From Candidatus Woesearchaeota archaeon (lineage in GTDB: Archaea; Nanobdellota; Nanobdellia; Woesearchaeales; UBA11576): a stretch of 25,069 bases of DNA. The stretch covers positions 1 to 25,069 of the forward strand of contig JAHWIS010000088.1 of the NCBI GenBank assembly GCA_019322385.1, in the 5' to 3' direction. Positions 22,637-25,069 of this stretch are shown piece by piece (position 1 is the stretch's first letter; the number at the start of each line of letters is the position of its first letter). The notes beneath the pieces were generated by a model. The model made no database searches. It saw nothing but the letters and a program-made list of their open reading frames with translations, and was not told the DNA's origin. Position numbers and translations under genes: made by a program.

Positions 22637-25069
22637 TTATTCTACATTGATTGTCTGGCTGAATTGTGTGAATACTTCGAATATCGTGCCTACTTCTATG
22701 TCTGGATCTGCTACGTCTGCGTCCAATGATGATGTCAGGTTTGTGATGGTGAGATTGTACTCGCCTGGAGCTAATGTTGAGATTGACGCAAGGCCGTTGA
22801 GATATGTCAGATCATTCGTAGATGTTATGTCTGGCGAGACATGACTCATACCTCTTTCCCAAGTCGTTGTTCCATTGGTTATTGTCCAGTTGAATGCTAC
22901 AAGATCGCTTCTTGTGGGTATCTGGAATGTTATATTGACAGATTCGTTGACGATGAGCACTGTCTTGTTTGCCCATGCATTGGAGAATGCAAGGCCTGTC
23001 TCTCTTGCCTGGAACAGCTTTGATGTCTCGTTTGTGTTCCCTACACTGTCTTCGCAACTTACGGACAGATTGTAGGTGTTGTTGTATGCAAGGCTGGATA
23101 TTGTTATTATATGTGAAGTTCCTGATGTGGATGACTGGCTGAGACTTGCAGAGCCGTTTATTCCGAAGGTGCATGTTGCTGATTCGCTTGTTGTTATGTT
23201 TGCAGGAGTTGAAGTGCCTACAACGATGTTCACAGGATCAGTTATTGTTATTGCTGGAGCTTCATTGTCCACAGTGAAATTGCCGTATCTAGCGCTCAAA
23301 TTACCTTCTACACCGTCAGTCACATTGACTAAAAGGAACACATCTTCTACAGCTGTGATATTCAATGTTGTATCCCATGAATAAGAGTTTGTTGTCAATC
23401 CTGTTGCGATAGTCTTCCAGGTCGACAAATCATTTGAGTACATCAAGCTATAATAAAGCGTATCATCATCGCCATCAGTTGATGCATTCCATGTTATGCT
23501 TACCACACCGCCTACCGTGGATGCGATGGCTGGTGTGGAACCGCCTGTTGTGCTGTTGGTTATTGCAGGTTCTGTCGGAGCATTGTTCTTTACAGTGACT
23601 GTCTGCCAGCCTGTGCTATTGGTCTGATTCCTTCTGTCAATCGCTTCTGACTTCCAGTAGAATGTGCTGCCCCTGAAGGAGCTGACATCAAGCGCTGATG
23701 ATCTGTACAGGCCATTGCTTAATGTTCCATTCTCGCTCAGCATTGTTGATATCGAGATGTTCGTGTTGTTGTATGTAAAGTTGACGCCCTGGAGAGTGAT
23801 GTCAGTCCAGTTTATGTACAGGATTAGGTCTTCACTAGCGAATATCTCTGTCGGTGAAGCATCTGACCATTGAGGTGCGTTCTTGTCGACCCAGAATGTC
23901 CTGGAGTCTGTCCTGTCCAGGTCACCAAGGGTTGTTGCGTTGAAATATACTGTGTACTCTCCATCTGGCCACGTCGCTGTCGAGATGTCGTCAGAGTAAT
24001 TGTGATTTGTGATTGTCAGGTTTATCCTTGACTGGGCAAACCTATTAGTTGTTGAAGGTGACGGCCCTACTATCCTAAGATTTGATGTCAGGACATTGTA
24101 TGCAATGAAATCACTCTGGATGATATTTGCAAATGTCTTCAAGCCATCTACTGTTATCTCATCGCTTCCTGTCCCGAAAAGGAACCAAGGAGTAGCATTA
24201 TTGACTGTGAAGTTGACATGATCATGAGCCCAATGGCCCATATGATCTTTTGCGCTTATCAGAAGGGTGAAATCTTCAAGGGTTTCGTCGCTGAAGTCTA
24301 GGTAACCGCTGTTCCAGACATTTCCTCCCTGCGCCATATCGCCCTGGAACTTGATTGTACTGTTGTCCTTGTACTTGACTGTGTAATTGGCAGATGCAAC
24401 ATCCTGATAGTCGCCAGGAGTATCATCAACCTTTGCCCAGACCCTGAACATGCCACCTACAACTGAGTCTTGCGTCGGTGATATGCTGCTGATTGTCGGT
24501 GCTTCATTATCGACTGAGAATGTTCGTGATGTGCTTGTGGTGCATGAAGAGTCATTATTGCTGAATGCATTGTCGCACCCGACCACACGCCAGTCATACT
24601 CTGTGCTGGTAGAATAATTGGTCTCTATTGTGTAATAGTTTGAATCTATCGGGTTCTCGATGATAAATGAAGCAGGTATAGTAACCTTTCTTGTGGTATA
24701 ATAAAGGTTGTTATTGTTCTCAAACACTATTGTCTTGTCATATAACGCAGTATTTGTTCCAGACATGCCTATGTATGTGCTGATTATGTTTGAAGGGCTT
24801 GTAGATCCTAGAATGTCTGCAACCATGATCCCGCCTGAAGCATTCCTATACGCCACCAAGCCACCGTAAAAGCTAAGATTGCTTCCAGTCATAGAGAACT
24901 TGGCTGTCAGGTTTTCTGCGTATGAAACATATATATTTGAAGTTGAGTCGAAATATGTGGCGAGCATTGAGCCGAACGCATAAATGTTTGAATAAGCTGC
25001 TAGTCCATCTGTTCTTACAGAGTCCTGCACAATATCATAGCCATAGGCAGTTGCGTTTGAGTTTACCCA
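22637..25069 (-). CDS. Large extracellular Ig/FN3-like repeat glycoprotein (5' end beyond window)
   Basis: The frame stays open to the window edge (WVNSNATAYGYDIVQD...). Repeated VDNEAP/VDKNAP/KNNAP domain junctions, WNASTDGDDDTLYY, many N-x-S/T sequons. Confidence 0.85.
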   Translation of the reverse strand, partial: WVNSNATAYGYDIVQDSVRTDGLAAYSNIYAFGSMLATYFDSTSNIYVSYAENLTAKFSMTGSNLSFYGGLVAYRNASGGIMVADILGSTSPSNIISTYIGMSGTNTALYDKTIVFENNNNLYYTTRKVTIPASFIIENPIDSNYYTIETNYSTSTEYDWRVVGCDNAFSNNDSSCTTSTSRTFSVDNEAPTISSISPTQDSVVGGMFRVWAKVDDTPGDYQDVASANYTVKYKDNSTIKFQGDMAQGGNVWNSGYLDFSDETLEDFTLLISAKDHMGHWAHDHVNFTVNNATPWFLFGTGSDEITVDGLKTFANIIQSDFIAYNVLTSNLRIVGPSPSTTNRFAQSRINLTITNHNYSDDISTATWPDGEYTVYFNATTLGDLDRTDSRTFWVDKNAPQWSDASPTEIFASEDLILYINWTDITLQGVNFTYNNTNISISTMLSENGTLSNGLYRSSALDVSSFRGSTFYWKSEAIDRRNQTNSTGWQTVTVKNNAPTEPAITNSTTGGSTPAIASTVGGVVSITWNASTDGDDDTLYYSLMYSNDLSTWKTIATGLTTNSYSWDTTLNITAVEDVFLLVNVTDGVEGNLSARYGNFTVDNEAPAITITDPVNIVVGTSTPANITTSESATCTFGINGSASLSQSSTSGTSHIITISSLAYNNTYNLSVSCEDSVGNTNETSKLFQARETGLAFSNAWANKTVLIVNESVNITFQIPTRSDLVAFNWTITNGTTTWERGMSHVSPDITSTNDLTYLNGLASISTLAPGEYNLTITNLTSSLDADVADPDIEVGTIFEVFTQFSQTINVE

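Noticed and set aside
1..25069. CRISPR array, transposase, integrase or att duplication beside the tRNAs
   Set aside because: No spaced direct repeats, recombinase motifs or duplicated tRNA 3' ends were seen by eye.

Overview
Gene-dense archaeal window, most likely from a DPANN archaeon (Woesearchaeota-like; this is inferred from gene families, TTTAAATA/TTTATAAA TATA boxes, GGTGA Shine-Dalgarno motifs and BHB introns). It is mainly an RNA/DNA-processing neighbourhood: RNase J, Trm5-family and TrmI methyltransferases, FEN1, the splicing endonuclease EndA divergent from RNase Z, Hjc, ABCE1, two HIT paralogs and DUF99. It also holds an ABC exporter/S-layer operon and large surface proteins. Several things are missing from the ORF track. 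(1) A free-standing ~84-nt minus-strand RNA (3651-3734) has a perfect bulge-helix-bulge (BHB) splice motif around a box C/D-type kink-turn, predicting an EndA-excised 65-nt circular sRNA with no tRNA host. (2) A tRNA-Leu(CAA) has two BHB introns (37/38 and 59/60), and the first carries an antisense element positioned to guide Cm34 of its own tRNA. (3) A 48-aa microprotein ends in a PIP box. (4) A 51-aa Zn-finger gene is fused transcriptionally to tRNA-Thr(CGT). (5) An in-frame TAG interrupts one HIT paralog. Unusual proteins include a coiled-coil plus lamin-tail-domain protein, a pore-less voltage-sensor-like protein and a MurL/QueC-like PP-loop enzyme. All assignments come from reading motifs by eye; no searches were run.
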